From contig UQXF01000001.1 of NCBI GenBank assembly GCA_900544905.1, positions 19,504 to 83,503 of the forward strand: 64,000 nt of DNA. Direction: 5' to 3'. The notes beneath the pieces were generated by a model, which was not told the DNA's origin, searched no databases, and saw nothing but the letters and a program-made list of their open reading frames with translations. Below, piece by piece: positions 40,570 to 51,381 of the stretch. The DNA comes from an uncultured Clostridium sp. (GTDB lineage Bacteria > Bacillota > Clostridia > Lachnospirales > Lachnospiraceae). How positions within the stretch are numbered: the first letter of the stretch is position 1; every line of letters begins with the position of its first letter. The position numbers and the translations under genes were made by a program.

Positions 40570-41145
40570 CTATATTCTCCCTGCCAGCATTTCTCTATGC
40601 AGAATACCTAACAGGCTTGCCATCCTGCCTTCTGCCTCTCTGCAAAGCAAATCGATGCACTGTCTATCCAGCCGGATATTCTTCATTTTGGCAATCCGCT
40701 CCACAATCCCGGGTGTAATTTCAATTTCCCGGCTTTCCAATCTTGTCACATAGTCCGCAACCGGCAGACTACTATCGGCAGACGTACCTATAAACAACCG
40801 TTCTCCCTGTGCTAACCAGCTGTGCACCAAATCAAAGATATATATTAAAGTATTCTCTTTTCCGGCTAAATCTTCCATATTTTCTATTATGACAATTGAT
40901 GTCTCAAGCTCTTTCAATATATCCCTGTCATGTAAAAAAGAATCTATCACCTGTTCCGTAGTAATCCAGGTTATCATTTTTCTCTTCTGCTGCTTCTGCC
41001 AATCCAAATCCAGCTGCCGCAAAAAAGCTGTTTTCCCACTGCCGCTTTTTCCCACCAGCATATAAGCTCCAAATTTGCGCCCTGCAAGCCACTCCTCTTC
41101 CATATCCCGTAATAATTTATTTTCCTCTGTAAATAAAAACTCCAT
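40570..41145 (-). CDS. DnaA/Hda-like AAA+ ATPase (DnaA domain III only, no DNA-binding domain IV)
   Basis: It has the Walker A motif LVGKSGSGKTAFL. The segment IVIIENMEDLAGKENTLIYIFDLVHSWLAQGERLFIGTSADS parallels DnaA [41 protein letters not shown]. It is only 191 aa. Confidence 0.5.
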   Translation of the reverse strand: MEFLFTEENKLLRDMEEEWLAGRKFGAYMLVGKSGSGKTAFLRQLDLDWQKQQKRKMITWITTEQVIDSFLHDRDILKELETSIVIIENMEDLAGKENTLIYIFDLVHSWLAQGERLFIGTSADSSLPVADYVTRLESREIEITPGIVERIAKMKNIRLDRQCIDLLCREAEGRMASLLGILHREMLAGRI

Positions 41146-41162
41146 CCAGAAATCCTCCTTTT

Positions 41163-41831
41163 TCAGTCCTCTTCCGGAATCACCCTGTTCCGGTATAGCA
41201 AATCCTCTCTTACCGTAAAACCCATTTTCTCCCAGAAGGCATTCCCTTCCGCATTATCTTTAAAGACTACCAATGCCGCCTTTTTGATTCCCAAAAGCTT
41301 AAGCGCATTTACCACTGCATCCACCAGCTGTGCTGCAATTCCATTTCCCCTGTATTCCTTAAGAACCGCCAGATGATAAATGTATGCCCTTCTCCCATCA
41401 TTGCCTGCAAGAATCACTCCAGCTGCATTTCCGTCTCTTTCTGCCACAAAGCAGGTATCCGGATTCCGAAGCAGAAAATGCTCGATTCCATCCCTTGAAT
41501 CATCCAGCTCGTTTAATCCAACACCATCACAGGAAAGCCAAAGCTTGTGCACTTCCTCATAATCACTGATTCGCATCCTGCGGATACCAGTCCCTTCTCC
41601 CTTTTGTGACTTCCGCTCCTGCCTTTGCTCTATCAGTTTTTCATCTGTCCGGATTTTATACTCCAACAGCCGCAATACATATTCCGGCATAGTCCTTTTT
41701 CCGCATTCCCAATCCTGTACGGTACGGTAAGGAATATTAAAATAATCGCAAAATTCCCGGCGGTTTAAATGCAAATCCTTACGCAATTCCTTTATAATTT
41801 CACTTAATTCCCTGCTCTGTCTTTCTTCCAT
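41163..41831 (-). CDS. XRE-family HTH domain fused to a GNAT N-acetyltransferase
   Basis: The N-terminal HTH reads LHLNRREFCDYFNIPYRTVQDWECGKR. The C-terminal GNAT region has motif A/B segments (RGNGIAAQLV...NAFWEKMGF). Confidence 0.7.
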   Translation of the reverse strand: MEERQSRELSEIIKELRKDLHLNRREFCDYFNIPYRTVQDWECGKRTMPEYVLRLLEYKIRTDEKLIEQRQERKSQKGEGTGIRRMRISDYEEVHKLWLSCDGVGLNELDDSRDGIEHFLLRNPDTCFVAERDGNAAGVILAGNDGRRAYIYHLAVLKEYRGNGIAAQLVDAVVNALKLLGIKKAALVVFKDNAEGNAFWEKMGFTVREDLLYRNRVIPEED

Positions 41832-42030
41832 TCTATCTTCCTTTCGTTGCCTTAACCGGCTGTTCAGGACAATTGAAAATAATTTCTTAATTTAAATTTT
41901 CTCTGCTTCTGGTTCACAATTATACTATAAAGCACCTGAAATGTCATGCCAAATGCCGGAAACTTTTCCCATAGAGAAAAAAAGCAGGAAAATACGAACA
42001 TATCTCCCTGCTGTTAACACATTTTCTATC

Positions 42031-42966
42031 CTAATACTTTGAACACCGGAACTGAAGCTCTTCCCAGCGTCTGTCCACTTCCTCCTGGAACTGTACGATT
42101 AAGTCTTCATTTCCCTTCTTGAATAAATGCTTGAATCTTCCCTGTGGCCTTAAGAAATCCTCAATCGGAAGCTTTTTCTTCGGCTCATAATTGAGAATCC
42201 ATTTGCCGTGGTCCACCTCAAACAATGGCCAGTAACAGGTCTCCACACCCAGCTTACAAATCTCCATAATATCCTCAGTCGGATATCTCCAGCCTCTCGG
42301 ACATGGTGCCATGACATTCAGGAAACAGGCACCCTCTGTATAAATCGCCTTTTCTGCCTTTGTATGTAAATCCTTGAAGTTACCAAGTAATGTAGACTGA
42401 CCAACATACGGAACATCATGGGCTGCAATAATGGAAGCTAAATCCTTACGGTTCTGCATTTTACCATTGGACTGGCTTCCCACCGGTGTTGTGGTGGTAT
42501 CTGCATACATCGGGGTTGCAGAGGAACGCTGGATACCGGTATTCATATAAGCACCGTTATCGTAACACACATAGACAAAATCATGGTTACGCTCCATAGC
42601 ACCGGATAGAGACTGTAAACCGATATCGTATGTACCACCGTCACCTCCAAAGGTAATGAATTTATAGGTATCATCAATCTTGCCTTTTCTCTTTAATACA
42701 TTATAGGCAGTCTCCACACCGCTCATAGTAGCACCTGCATTTTCAAATGCATTGTGGATATAACTGTCCTCATATGCGGTATACGGATACATAAAGGTGG
42801 AAACCTCCAGACATCCTGTAGCATTACCGATAACCGCCTTGTCCCCCTCATGAAGGGCACGGAGCACTGCACGAACTGCAATGGTTCCGCCGCATCCGGC
42901 ACACATTCTGTGTCCTGGAGCCAGACGTTCCGGTTTATTCATTTCTGCTTTAAAATTATAACTCAT
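42031..42966 (-). CDS. 2-oxoacid:ferredoxin oxidoreductase, beta subunit (TPP-binding)
   Basis: It contains CAGCGG and TPP-binding GDG...N motifs. It is the last gene of a gamma-delta-alpha-beta operon. Confidence 0.85.
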   Translation of the reverse strand: MSYNFKAEMNKPERLAPGHRMCAGCGGTIAVRAVLRALHEGDKAVIGNATGCLEVSTFMYPYTAYEDSYIHNAFENAGATMSGVETAYNVLKRKGKIDDTYKFITFGGDGGTYDIGLQSLSGAMERNHDFVYVCYDNGAYMNTGIQRSSATPMYADTTTTPVGSQSNGKMQNRKDLASIIAAHDVPYVGQSTLLGNFKDLHTKAEKAIYTEGACFLNVMAPCPRGWRYPTEDIMEICKLGVETCYWPLFEVDHGKWILNYEPKKKLPIEDFLRPQGRFKHLFKKGNEDLIVQFQEEVDRRWEELQFRCSKY

Positions 42967-42981
42967 CTCATCTGCCTCCTT

Positions 42982-44205
42982 CTAATTCTTCTTTGCAGGA
43001 TTCTCACGGCTTACGGTATAGCCCTCTCCGCGCAATCCCACATAACGGTACTCTTTAAACTCTTTGCCTTCTTTATCGTAAGCTTCCAAATCCTTGTAAA
43101 TCTGCTCTGCCTCTTCCACTGTGAAATCTCTTCCACCCAGACCATAAACGAGATTAAATGCCTTTACATCCTTTGCATAGTCATAAAGGGCTGCCTTTAC
43201 CTCGGCTCCAAGTGGGCCGCCCTTGCCCCGGAAGCACTCGCTTCTGTCCATGATAGCAACCGTCTTGCAATTCTTAAGGGCATTGGCAATTTCCTCATCC
43301 GGGAACGGACGAAACACCCGAAGCTTTAATAATCCGACCTTCATTCCCTGCTCTCTTAAAGCGTCCACTGCATCCTTCGTGGTTCCCGCTGCAGAGCCAA
43401 TCATCACCAGTGCATAATCCGCATCCTCTAAGCGGTACTCCTCGAAAAAGCCATAGCTTCTCCCGGACATTTCGCCAAATTCCTTACCAACCTCCAAGAT
43501 AACCTTCTTGGCGTTGTTCATGGCGGTATTCTGCGCCATTTTTGTCTCCATATAGTAATTGGAAACTGCGTATGGTCCCAGCGCCATTGGCTGGTCTGCA
43601 TTTAACAGATAATTTTCCGGCTCATACTCACCAACAAAATTCTTAACCTTGTCATCTTCTAATAATTCAATATTCTCCACCGCATGACTGGTGATAAAAC
43701 CATCCTGGCAAATCATAATCGGAAGTCTGACATCCTTATGCTCGGAAATACGGTATGCCTGGACAAAATTATCATATACCTCCTGGTTGTTCTCTGCATA
43801 GATTTGAATAAATCCGGTATCCCTTGCACCCATGGAATCCGAATGGTCACAGTTAATGTTAATCGGACCGGATAACGCCCTGTTTACAAGACAGAGTGCC
43901 AACGGTAAACGGTTGGAAGCCGCTACATAAAGCTCCTCCCACATCAATGCCAGACCACAGGATGAGGTTGCGGTAAGCGCTCTTGCTCCCGCTGCCGAAG
44001 CTCCAATGGTTGCACTCATGGAGCTGTGCTCGCTCTCCACCGGAATAAAATCCGTATCCATCTCTCCGTTTGCGATATAGTTTGCCACATACTGTGGAAT
44101 CTCCGTGGACGGAGTAATCGGAAATGCAGGCATAACATCAGGATTCACCTGCTTGATTGCATAGGAAATGGCTTCATTTCCGGATAAACGTTCTCTAACT
44201 GCCAT
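42982..44205 (-). CDS. 2-oxoacid:ferredoxin oxidoreductase, alpha subunit
   Basis: The 407-aa product has POR alpha N-terminal and transketolase-like domains. The operon could be a pyruvate (por), ketoisovalerate (vor) or related enzyme, and the substrate cannot be assigned from sequence alone. Confidence 0.85.
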   Translation of the reverse strand: MAVRERLSGNEAISYAIKQVNPDVMPAFPITPSTEIPQYVANYIANGEMDTDFIPVESEHSSMSATIGASAAGARALTATSSCGLALMWEELYVAASNRLPLALCLVNRALSGPININCDHSDSMGARDTGFIQIYAENNQEVYDNFVQAYRISEHKDVRLPIMICQDGFITSHAVENIELLEDDKVKNFVGEYEPENYLLNADQPMALGPYAVSNYYMETKMAQNTAMNNAKKVILEVGKEFGEMSGRSYGFFEEYRLEDADYALVMIGSAAGTTKDAVDALREQGMKVGLLKLRVFRPFPDEEIANALKNCKTVAIMDRSECFRGKGGPLGAEVKAALYDYAKDVKAFNLVYGLGGRDFTVEEAEQIYKDLEAYDKEGKEFKEYRYVGLRGEGYTVSRENPAKKN

Positions 44206-44206
44206 C

Positions 44207-44512
44207 TTACTGTCCCTCCTTCATGGAAATTGCATCAAAAGGACAAACCTTTGCACAGATACCACAGCCCTTGCAGTGGTCATAGTCAAAATCTTCCCTC
44301 TTGCTGTCGCAGACCGGAATAGAGCTGTCCGGACATACCGGTACGCATAACAGGCACTGCTTACACTTCTCACTGTGAAAAACCGGAGTCTGGGTTCTCC
44401 ATTCTCCTGTCTTAAACTCCTTGGAGGTTCCGGCACCGTAAATCTGGTTTCCCACTGTCAAATCCTGCCAGCTGCTCTTTTCTGTAATCTTTGTAATATC
44501 TGTTGCTGCCAT
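44207..44512 (-). CDS. 2-oxoacid:ferredoxin oxidoreductase, delta subunit (2x[4Fe-4S] ferredoxin)
   Basis: It has two CxxCxxCxxxCP motifs (CKQCLLCVPVCP and CKGCGICAKVCP). Confidence 0.8.
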   Translation of the reverse strand: MAATDITKITEKSSWQDLTVGNQIYGAGTSKEFKTGEWRTQTPVFHSEKCKQCLLCVPVCPDSSIPVCDSKREDFDYDHCKGCGICAKVCPFDAISMKEGQ

Positions 44513-45085
44513 TTACTCCACCTCCTCATATGCCATATGTAATGCCTTAAGGTTACCCTCAATCACCTCTGGCTTCTTTGCAAATTTGTGCTTGTAAGAG
44601 CCTTCCATCTCCCGGAAGAAATCCTCCTTCGTCATAACCTTGCTGATTGCAACGATGGCTGCCAGCATCGGAGAATTCGGGAAATATCTGCCTAAGCACT
44701 TTTCGGAAATCTCCCTTGCGTCTATCGTATACACTCCGCCGGTATACCCCTTTAAGAACGGCTTTACCTCCTCCGCACTCTTTGTGGTATTAATGACAAT
44801 TGCGCCCTCCGGATTCAGCCCTGCCGTCACATCTACACTCTCTAACAATGTCTCATCTACCACAACCACATAGTCCGGGTCATAAATGTTGGAATGTACA
44901 CGGATTGGATTTTCACTAATCCGGTTGTAAGCCGTAATCGGCGCTCCCATCCGCTCCGGACCATATTCCGGAAAACCCTGTACATGTTTTCCTGTCATAA
45001 ATGCAGCATCCGCTAACATCAATGCCGCTGACTTGGCACCCTGGCCGCCTCTGCCGTGCCATCTGATTTCTACTGTGTTTCTCAC
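44513..45085 (-). CDS. 2-oxoacid:ferredoxin oxidoreductase, gamma subunit
   Basis: The 190-aa product begins IRWHGRGGQGAKSAALMLA, as in the POR gamma family. Confidence 0.8.
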   Translation of the reverse strand: MRNTVEIRWHGRGGQGAKSAALMLADAAFMTGKHVQGFPEYGPERMGAPITAYNRISENPIRVHSNIYDPDYVVVVDETLLESVDVTAGLNPEGAIVINTTKSAEEVKPFLKGYTGGVYTIDAREISEKCLGRYFPNSPMLAAIVAISKVMTKEDFFREMEGSYKHKFAKKPEVIEGNLKALHMAYEEVE

Positions 45086-45342
45086 TTTTTACACTCCTTG
45101 TTTTTTCCTTGTTATCCGCTTTAAACTGATATGTTTTATATGAAATGATTATGCTAAGGTGTACTCTTAATATCATAAAGTATTTGTGATTAATTGATTC
45201 ATTTTATCAAGAAAACCCACAGCACACTATCCGTTATTATAGGTGCTATGGGCTTAAATGTAAAGTGAAAATATGAAAAGATTTCACGCGGTATGTGAAT
45301 ATTACTCACTATTTCAAAACTGCCTGTCAAGCCTTTCCTTTC

Positions 45343-46008
45343 TCAACCGTTTTCCGTATACCGGCATGCCGGGAATCCACTGCATCCCCAAAACTCGCCG
45401 TATCTTCCATTTCTCCGTCTCATCTCTCCGCCGCATCTAGGGCAAATTTTTTGAGAATATTTTACACGCTCCTGTGCCATCCGCTCAAAACACTGCTGGT
45501 TCATCAGGCAGTCGTTCAACGCTCTATGCGCACCAGATGTACTGATTGTGTAATAAGCAGCGATATCCACCAGCCTGTGATATCCAAGCTGGGGAAGACA
45601 CCGCCTTGCCATCGGAAGCGTATCAATATAATCATTGCTGATTGTCTTCCCAAACAATTCTTCCGCCGCTCTCCATATGAATTTCATGTCAAAAGACTGG
45701 ATATTATGCCCCACCAGTATATTATCCCCAATAAATTCAATAAACTGCGGGAAAACCTCATCCAATACCGGCTCATCTGCCACCATTTCATTACTGATTC
45801 CATTTACCGCCGTTGCCCCGTAAGGTATCGGTCTTTCCGGATTGACCAGGCTGCTGAAGGTATCTGTTACCTTTTTATTTACCACCTTCACTGCTGAAAT
45901 CTCAATAATGGAATCGTAATTGGGGCTGATTCCTGTGGTCTCTAAATCAAATACAATATAATCTGCTACATAATCCTTTAGGGAATTTCCCCGTCTGTCT
46001 CCTAGCAT
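45343..46008 (-). CDS. DnaQ-like 3'-5' exonuclease with a C-terminal C4 zinc ribbon
   Basis: It has the Exo I motif [11 protein letters not shown] and a C-terminal CPRCGG...CSGFPAC topoisomerase-type zinc finger. Confidence 0.75.
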   Translation of the reverse strand: MLGDRRGNSLKDYVADYIVFDLETTGISPNYDSIIEISAVKVVNKKVTDTFSSLVNPERPIPYGATAVNGISNEMVADEPVLDEVFPQFIEFIGDNILVGHNIQSFDMKFIWRAAEELFGKTISNDYIDTLPMARRCLPQLGYHRLVDIAAYYTISTSGAHRALNDCLMNQQCFERMAQERVKYSQKICPRCGGEMRRRNGRYGEFWGCSGFPACRYTENG

Positions 46009-46116
46009 AGGTTACCTCATTTATCTTTGTGTTTTTATTTCTAATATAGAGAATATCATATAAAAACGGGCAACGCAAACCTTTCTCCTTATAATAATTC
46101 CATTCATTATCGCACA

Positions 46117-46896
46117 TTAGACAAGCTTTATTCCAATTGTAACAATCCCCAAAACCAACAAGACCACTCCCACTATCCGATTCAATTTTTTAATCTCACA
46201 TTTGTTTGCAAATTTTGCGGAAACCACTGCACCCACCAGACAGCAGATTACAATAACCGCCATCGGAAGGGGATAGATATCTGCTCCCATAGACACATGG
46301 CTGACTGTTCCTGTCAACGCAACCACCGACATAATCATGGTGCTGGTTCCAACTGCAACCTTCAGATTATAACCCAGCACCAGAGTAAATACCGTCAGCA
46401 TCAATATACCTCCACCGCTTCCGGTAAAACCGCATACCCAGCCAATCAGGCAGCCTAAAAACATGGCAAGAACCGTTTTCGCCTGTCCCCCATTTTCTTT
46501 CAAATTTACAGCAGATTCATTGCCCCCGGTAACCGGTTTTACAAGAAACTTTATTCCAAGAAAAACCGTTGTCAGCATAGATATATAGCCTAACCCATCC
46601 GGTTCCTTCTGGCTGAAGAGATAACCGCAATAGCTTCCAATCACCGTTCCGATAAAAGCAGTTATCATAACCAATGCGCCCCTTTTTGCGTCAATATTCT
46701 TATTTTTATAATATGTATAAGCAGACAATAAGCTTGCCAGTACATCGGATGCCAGGGCAACCGTCACTGCATCATACCCCTGCCACCCGCATAGGCTAAC
46801 TAAAAACGGGGTAATGACTACGGCTGCGGAAAGTCCCGCCAGACCAGTTACAATCCCCGCACCCAATCCGGCTGCCACATAGATAACATACAACAT
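46117..46896 (-). CDS. TauE/SafE-family sulfite/anion exporter membrane protein
   Basis: The 259-aa product has eight predicted transmembrane segments. It is glycine-rich and shows the internal duplication typical of TauE. Confidence 0.65.
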   Translation of the reverse strand: MLYVIYVAAGLGAGIVTGLAGLSAAVVITPFLVSLCGWQGYDAVTVALASDVLASLLSAYTYYKNKNIDAKRGALVMITAFIGTVIGSYCGYLFSQKEPDGLGYISMLTTVFLGIKFLVKPVTGGNESAVNLKENGGQAKTVLAMFLGCLIGWVCGFTGSGGGILMLTVFTLVLGYNLKVAVGTSTMIMSVVALTGTVSHVSMGADIYPLPMAVIVICCLVGAVVSAKFANKCEIKKLNRIVGVVLLVLGIVTIGIKLV

Positions 46897-47102
46897 AAAA
46901 CATTCCTTCTTTCGCGTTTCATACTAATCACTATAATATGCTTTAATCCGAATACCATGTCAAGAAATACATGTATAATTAATATAATTTCTACAGGATT
47001 AAACAAAAACAAGTTCCATACTCAAGAAAATACAGGCAGCCAGGCTTCCTGTATTTTCTTCAAATGTATTTTTTATAATCTTTTCCTGTTTACATATCTC
47101 CT

Positions 47103-49040
47103 TTAGAACAAATCTTTAAATTTATCGACAATTCCCTTTTTCTCTTCTTCCTCCTGCGTACTCTCCTCTTCTTCTACCTTAACCGCACCGCTCTGAATGA
47201 CAAACTGAACCGAAGCTACATTTGTGTTCTTCTCTGACACAAAGGATTTCACCTCATAATCCCCGCCAGTAAAAGAGTCTATCATGGTGTCAAGCTTATC
47301 ATCAATTTCACCCTGTAATCCACTGGTCTCACTTCTAAAAGTTCCTGTCCCCTCCGACATGGACTGGGTGCCTTCATAAAGCTGGCTGGTACCTTTTACA
47401 AGGGTTACCGCACCTTCACAGATTTTGCTGTATCCGGTGGTAATCGTATTGACCGCTTCCGTATATTCCCCGATTCCGGAATCCAAAGCATCATAATTTT
47501 CTACCAACTGGTTGATGCCAGTCTTTAACGTGGTCATGTCTTTTGCCAGATTGCCAAGGGAATTTACCAGACCTTGAATATTCCCGTCAAATTCTTTATA
47601 ACCTGCATTTAATTTTGCGGCTCCAGTCATCAGCTCCCCTGAATCCTTATCCAGACTTGCATCTATTCCGGATATTAAAGTATTACTTCCCTTAATATAA
47701 GCAGTATCTGCACTCAGCAGCTGCTGCGCCGTCTTTATGGCTGCCGTACTGCTGATATAACGTGCAATCTCACCCTGTCCCTGGTCACATACCGCTTTTG
47801 CCTCTGCATCTCCATTCCCGGCAAGCTCTGCCAGCTTTCCCGCAGCTGCACTTTCTCCACCGCTTGTATATGCACTGTATACCTTCTGCTGGGTACTGCT
47901 CAGGGAAAGGGCACCGGCAGCTGTGCCATGTTGTGCAGCAAACGCATTTATATCCGATATTCCTGCATTACTTAATTCGCTGTAATACGAGGAAATGGAT
48001 GCATCCAGCTTCGTAAGTCCCTTTTCCAGCTCATCCAGTCCGTTTTTTATCTCCGTAGAAGATTTGCTTAAGGTACTTAACTGTTCCGTTGTAATCGTAA
48101 CATCCTTCAAGGAAGTCTGTATCGTTTTTAAGGCTGTCTTCACTGCTGTTGAGCCCTTTGTCAGATTCCCTGATTTTTTGTTCAGCTTATTCAGTGCCGT
48201 ATTTATGGTATTGATTCCCTCTTTTAAGGATTCTGCACCCTTGTTAACTGTTTTTGCACCCTCATTTAAATCAGCAGCCCCGTCATCTAACTCTGCCACT
48301 CCATCCTGAAGCTTACTAATTCTGTCTTCCAAATCCGAAGTATCCACATCCTCGTCGGACACATCCAGATTAAGCCTTACACCATTTATGGCAATTGCCT
48401 CCATCTCAAAATTCGTTACATCTGCAGCAACCTCAATATCCTTGGATTTTCCCGGAAGAATGGTATAGGTCATCTGCTTGTCACTTCCCGCATTTGCCTC
48501 TGTCGCCCCATTGCAGACGATGTTTTCACAGGAATCTGTATCCAGCTTTAAAGTCACCTGTAATGCATAATTATCAAAGAAGTCACTTTTACAATTCTTA
48601 TTCTCGCTTACATGAATCGTAATCTTTAATGCACCGCTTTTCCCTGCAACCTCATCGGCACTCATGCTGATTCCGTCCAGCTGATAGGAAATATCAAAAT
48701 CCCAGGGAATCTCCACATCCTTCATGACGCCTTCATAATACAGACGGTCCGCATTATTGGTAACCTTTACCACTCCGTTTTCATAGGTAATATCATCTTC
48801 TGTATTCATGCCATGCACTTCTTCATAATCCCCATAATCGGTAATCTCTTTCTCCGTAAAGATATTGACGGCATAAACACCCTCCACCTCTCCATTGCCT
48901 GCCAGATTTACATAGATAACCTCTTCTTTTCCATTTTCAGTTTCCTTTGCATAGGCAGCAGCCGGTACACTGGTACCTGCCAAAACTGCCGCTATAGTCA
49001 GGGCTGTTATTCTTGCTGCATTACTTTTTCTTCTAAACAT
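47103..49040 (-). CDS. Secreted protein with X-X-X-Leu-X-X-Gly heptad repeats (YhgE/Pip-like extracellular region), co-transcribed with the MMPL transporter
   Basis: It has an N-terminal signal peptide (ITALTIAAVLAGTSVPAAAYA). The long central region is made of LxxGxxxL-type coiled-coil repeats (LNEGAKTVNKGAESLKEGINTINTAL...). The C-terminus is acidic. Confidence 0.5.
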   Translation of the reverse strand: MFRRKSNAARITALTIAAVLAGTSVPAAAYAKETENGKEEVIYVNLAGNGEVEGVYAVNIFTEKEITDYGDYEEVHGMNTEDDITYENGVVKVTNNADRLYYEGVMKDVEIPWDFDISYQLDGISMSADEVAGKSGALKITIHVSENKNCKSDFFDNYALQVTLKLDTDSCENIVCNGATEANAGSDKQMTYTILPGKSKDIEVAADVTNFEMEAIAINGVRLNLDVSDEDVDTSDLEDRISKLQDGVAELDDGAADLNEGAKTVNKGAESLKEGINTINTALNKLNKKSGNLTKGSTAVKTALKTIQTSLKDVTITTEQLSTLSKSSTEIKNGLDELEKGLTKLDASISSYYSELSNAGISDINAFAAQHGTAAGALSLSSTQQKVYSAYTSGGESAAAGKLAELAGNGDAEAKAVCDQGQGEIARYISSTAAIKTAQQLLSADTAYIKGSNTLISGIDASLDKDSGELMTGAAKLNAGYKEFDGNIQGLVNSLGNLAKDMTTLKTGINQLVENYDALDSGIGEYTEAVNTITTGYSKICEGAVTLVKGTSQLYEGTQSMSEGTGTFRSETSGLQGEIDDKLDTMIDSFTGGDYEVKSFVSEKNTNVASVQFVIQSGAVKVEEEESTQEEEEKKGIVDKFKDLF

Positions 49041-51121
49041 AATCCATCATCCTTTCTATCTTTTTCATGATAAAACCGAAGTCCCATTGTCGTCTTTTCA
49101 ATTAATCTGTCAAACAGATAAAGCAGTCCCGGTACTACAAATATTACAATAATCAGGGAGCATATGGTTCCCCGTCCAAGCAGAATACCAAGCTGTGCCA
49201 GCAAACCGTGGGAAGTCATCTTCCCCAGGAAAAATCCCACTGCAGTCAGTGCCGTACCGGAGGTCAGAATGGACACCATAACACTGGAAACCGTATTGAC
49301 AACCGCATCTGCTTTTCCGGATTCCTGACGGTATTCCAGATAACGGTCCGTCATCAGGATTGCATAATCTACCGTAGCACCTAACTGAATGGAACTGATA
49401 ATCAGATAAGCAATGTAGAATAAAGGACTGTCTACATAGTATGGAACGGACAAATTCAGCCAGATTGCCGTCTCGATTGCCAGCACAAGAAATACCGGTA
49501 ATGATACTGATTTTAAAGACAGCAGCAATACGATAAACACTGCACCGATTGCAATCAGATTTACCCGTATCATATCTGCGGTTACCGTATCCATCAAATC
49601 ATAGGTACTGACGGTGGCACCGGCAAGGTAATACATATCCGGATAATATTCATTTGCAGTATTCCTCATCTGTTCTACCACAGAAAATGCTTCCTCACCT
49701 TCATAATCGGTTTCCACCGTAATTACCATACGGCTGTAATGGTCACTGATTAACTTACTCAAAATTTCTTCATCCACATATTCTGTAGGAACCTCCGCTC
49801 CCGCCTGGTCCACATAGGAAATAATAGAGGATACCTGCGGTATCTTCTTTAGCTCGGCAGAAAGCTCTTCTTCCTTTGCAAAATCCCCCTTTGGCACCAT
49901 CAGCACATAGGAATTGGATTTTCCAAACACCTTTTCAATTACTGCTGTATCCTTTCCAAGCTGCGTGTCACTTCCAAAAATGTGACTGGAACCATAATAG
50001 TAACTGTTATGCACAGAAGACAGATATGCCGGAATAATCAATATAGCAAAAAGGATTGTGAAAGGAATCATGCACTTTTTTACTGCTTTACTAAAGCCTT
50101 TAAAGGATGGCATAAAGCTTCTATGGGAAGTTTTTACAATCAACGGATAACAATATAAAATCAATCCCGGTGCCAGAACAAATACAACAATCAGGCTCAA
50201 GGCGATTCCCTTTGCCAGAGCCAGACCCAAATCCGGTCCAATCCGGAACCGCATCAATGCCAGAGCTAAAAATCCGATTACCGTTGTCAACCCGCTGGAT
50301 AAAATGGAGCTTAAGGACTTGCACAGTGCCTGCACCATTGCCTCTTCCGGATTATCTATCTCCTTCCTTAATTCCTTAAAGCGGTGCAGTAGAAATACGG
50401 AATAATCCAATGATACCGCAAGCTGCAGAATATTTCCGGCGGCATTGGTCACAAAAGAGATTTCGCCAAAAATCAGATTGGTGCCCGCATTGATAACAAC
50501 CGCAATTCCGATAGATGCCAACAGTACAACCGGCTCAAACCATGAGGTTGTGGTCAGAAGCAAAATAAATAATACGAAGGGCACAGCAACTTTGACAATT
50601 CTACTGATTTCCTCTGTGGTAGAAGTGGTCGCCACCGCAGTATCCACCGCTGTGCCGGTCATGGCATTGTCATCACCGATTAACTCCCGGATTGCATTCA
50701 CTGCCTCTACCGTTTTCTCTTCCTCCACCGTCACCGAATACAGTGCGGTGCCATCCTTATAATAATCCTCTACGGTATCCTCATCCATCATTTCAAGGGG
50801 AATCGTGATATCTGCCGCATCGTCCAGCCATGTGACCTCGCTGACTCCGTCTATTTTTTCAAGCGCTTCCTTTTGTTTTAATGCCTGGGCTAATGTAACA
50901 TCCCTGACCATAACCCGGGCGTTGGGAATCCCACTTCCAAATTCCTCTTCCATTTTATCCAAAGACACAGTGGAAGCCGTATCCTCCGGAAGATAATCAT
51001 TCATGTCATAATTGACTGATACGAGAGTCTGCAGGAAGGCACAAATTACGGCACCGATTAAAAAAAACACTGTAACGGGTTTTCTGTGCTTCACTACACC
51101 TCTGAAAAATTTCTCTTTCAT
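49007..51121 (-). CDS. MMPL-family (RND superfamily) membrane transporter
   Basis: The 704-aa product has two transmembrane bundles each followed by large extracytoplasmic loops, with MMPL-like motifs. A TetR gene lies divergently upstream. Confidence 0.8.
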   Translation of the reverse strand: MKEKFFRGVVKHRKPVTVFFLIGAVICAFLQTLVSVNYDMNDYLPEDTASTVSLDKMEEEFGSGIPNARVMVRDVTLAQALKQKEALEKIDGVSEVTWLDDAADITIPLEMMDEDTVEDYYKDGTALYSVTVEEEKTVEAVNAIRELIGDDNAMTGTAVDTAVATTSTTEEISRIVKVAVPFVLFILLLTTTSWFEPVVLLASIGIAVVINAGTNLIFGEISFVTNAAGNILQLAVSLDYSVFLLHRFKELRKEIDNPEEAMVQALCKSLSSILSSGLTTVIGFLALALMRFRIGPDLGLALAKGIALSLIVVFVLAPGLILYCYPLIVKTSHRSFMPSFKGFSKAVKKCMIPFTILFAILIIPAYLSSVHNSYYYGSSHIFGSDTQLGKDTAVIEKVFGKSNSYVLMVPKGDFAKEEELSAELKKIPQVSSIISYVDQAGAEVPTEYVDEEILSKLISDHYSRMVITVETDYEGEEAFSVVEQMRNTANEYYPDMYYLAGATVSTYDLMDTVTADMIRVNLIAIGAVFIVLLLSLKSVSLPVFLVLAIETAIWLNLSVPYYVDSPLFYIAYLIISSIQLGATVDYAILMTDRYLEYRQESGKADAVVNTVSSVMVSILTSGTALTAVGFFLGKMTSHGLLAQLGILLGRGTICSLIIVIFVVPGLLYLFDRLIEKTTMGLRFYHEKDRKDDGLCLEEKVMQQE

Positions 51122-51381
51122 TTATGAACACTCCAATCATTTATCAACATATTGTTGATTTTTATTTTCGCTTCGATTATAATGAATTCAACAACATACA
51201 TCAATAAACAATATTTTTTTTAGCGTCCCTAAATAAACATTTTTTCAAGGAAGTGTTCATCTTCACACAAATAACACAACTTTTATAATATACATATGTT
51301 TTACATGTACTTTTAGCTTTACAGCATACATCACAAACACATTGCGATACCACATCTACACAATATCAGGAGGAAAATGTT

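Noticed and set aside
39902-40611. Long plus-strand ORFs (171 and 228 aa) running through the 42-bp tandem repeat
   Set aside because: They are open only because the repeat has no stops in any frame. Their products are SS/LP-rich periodic sequences with no RBS. The minus-strand heptad protein has the good SD and sensible termini.
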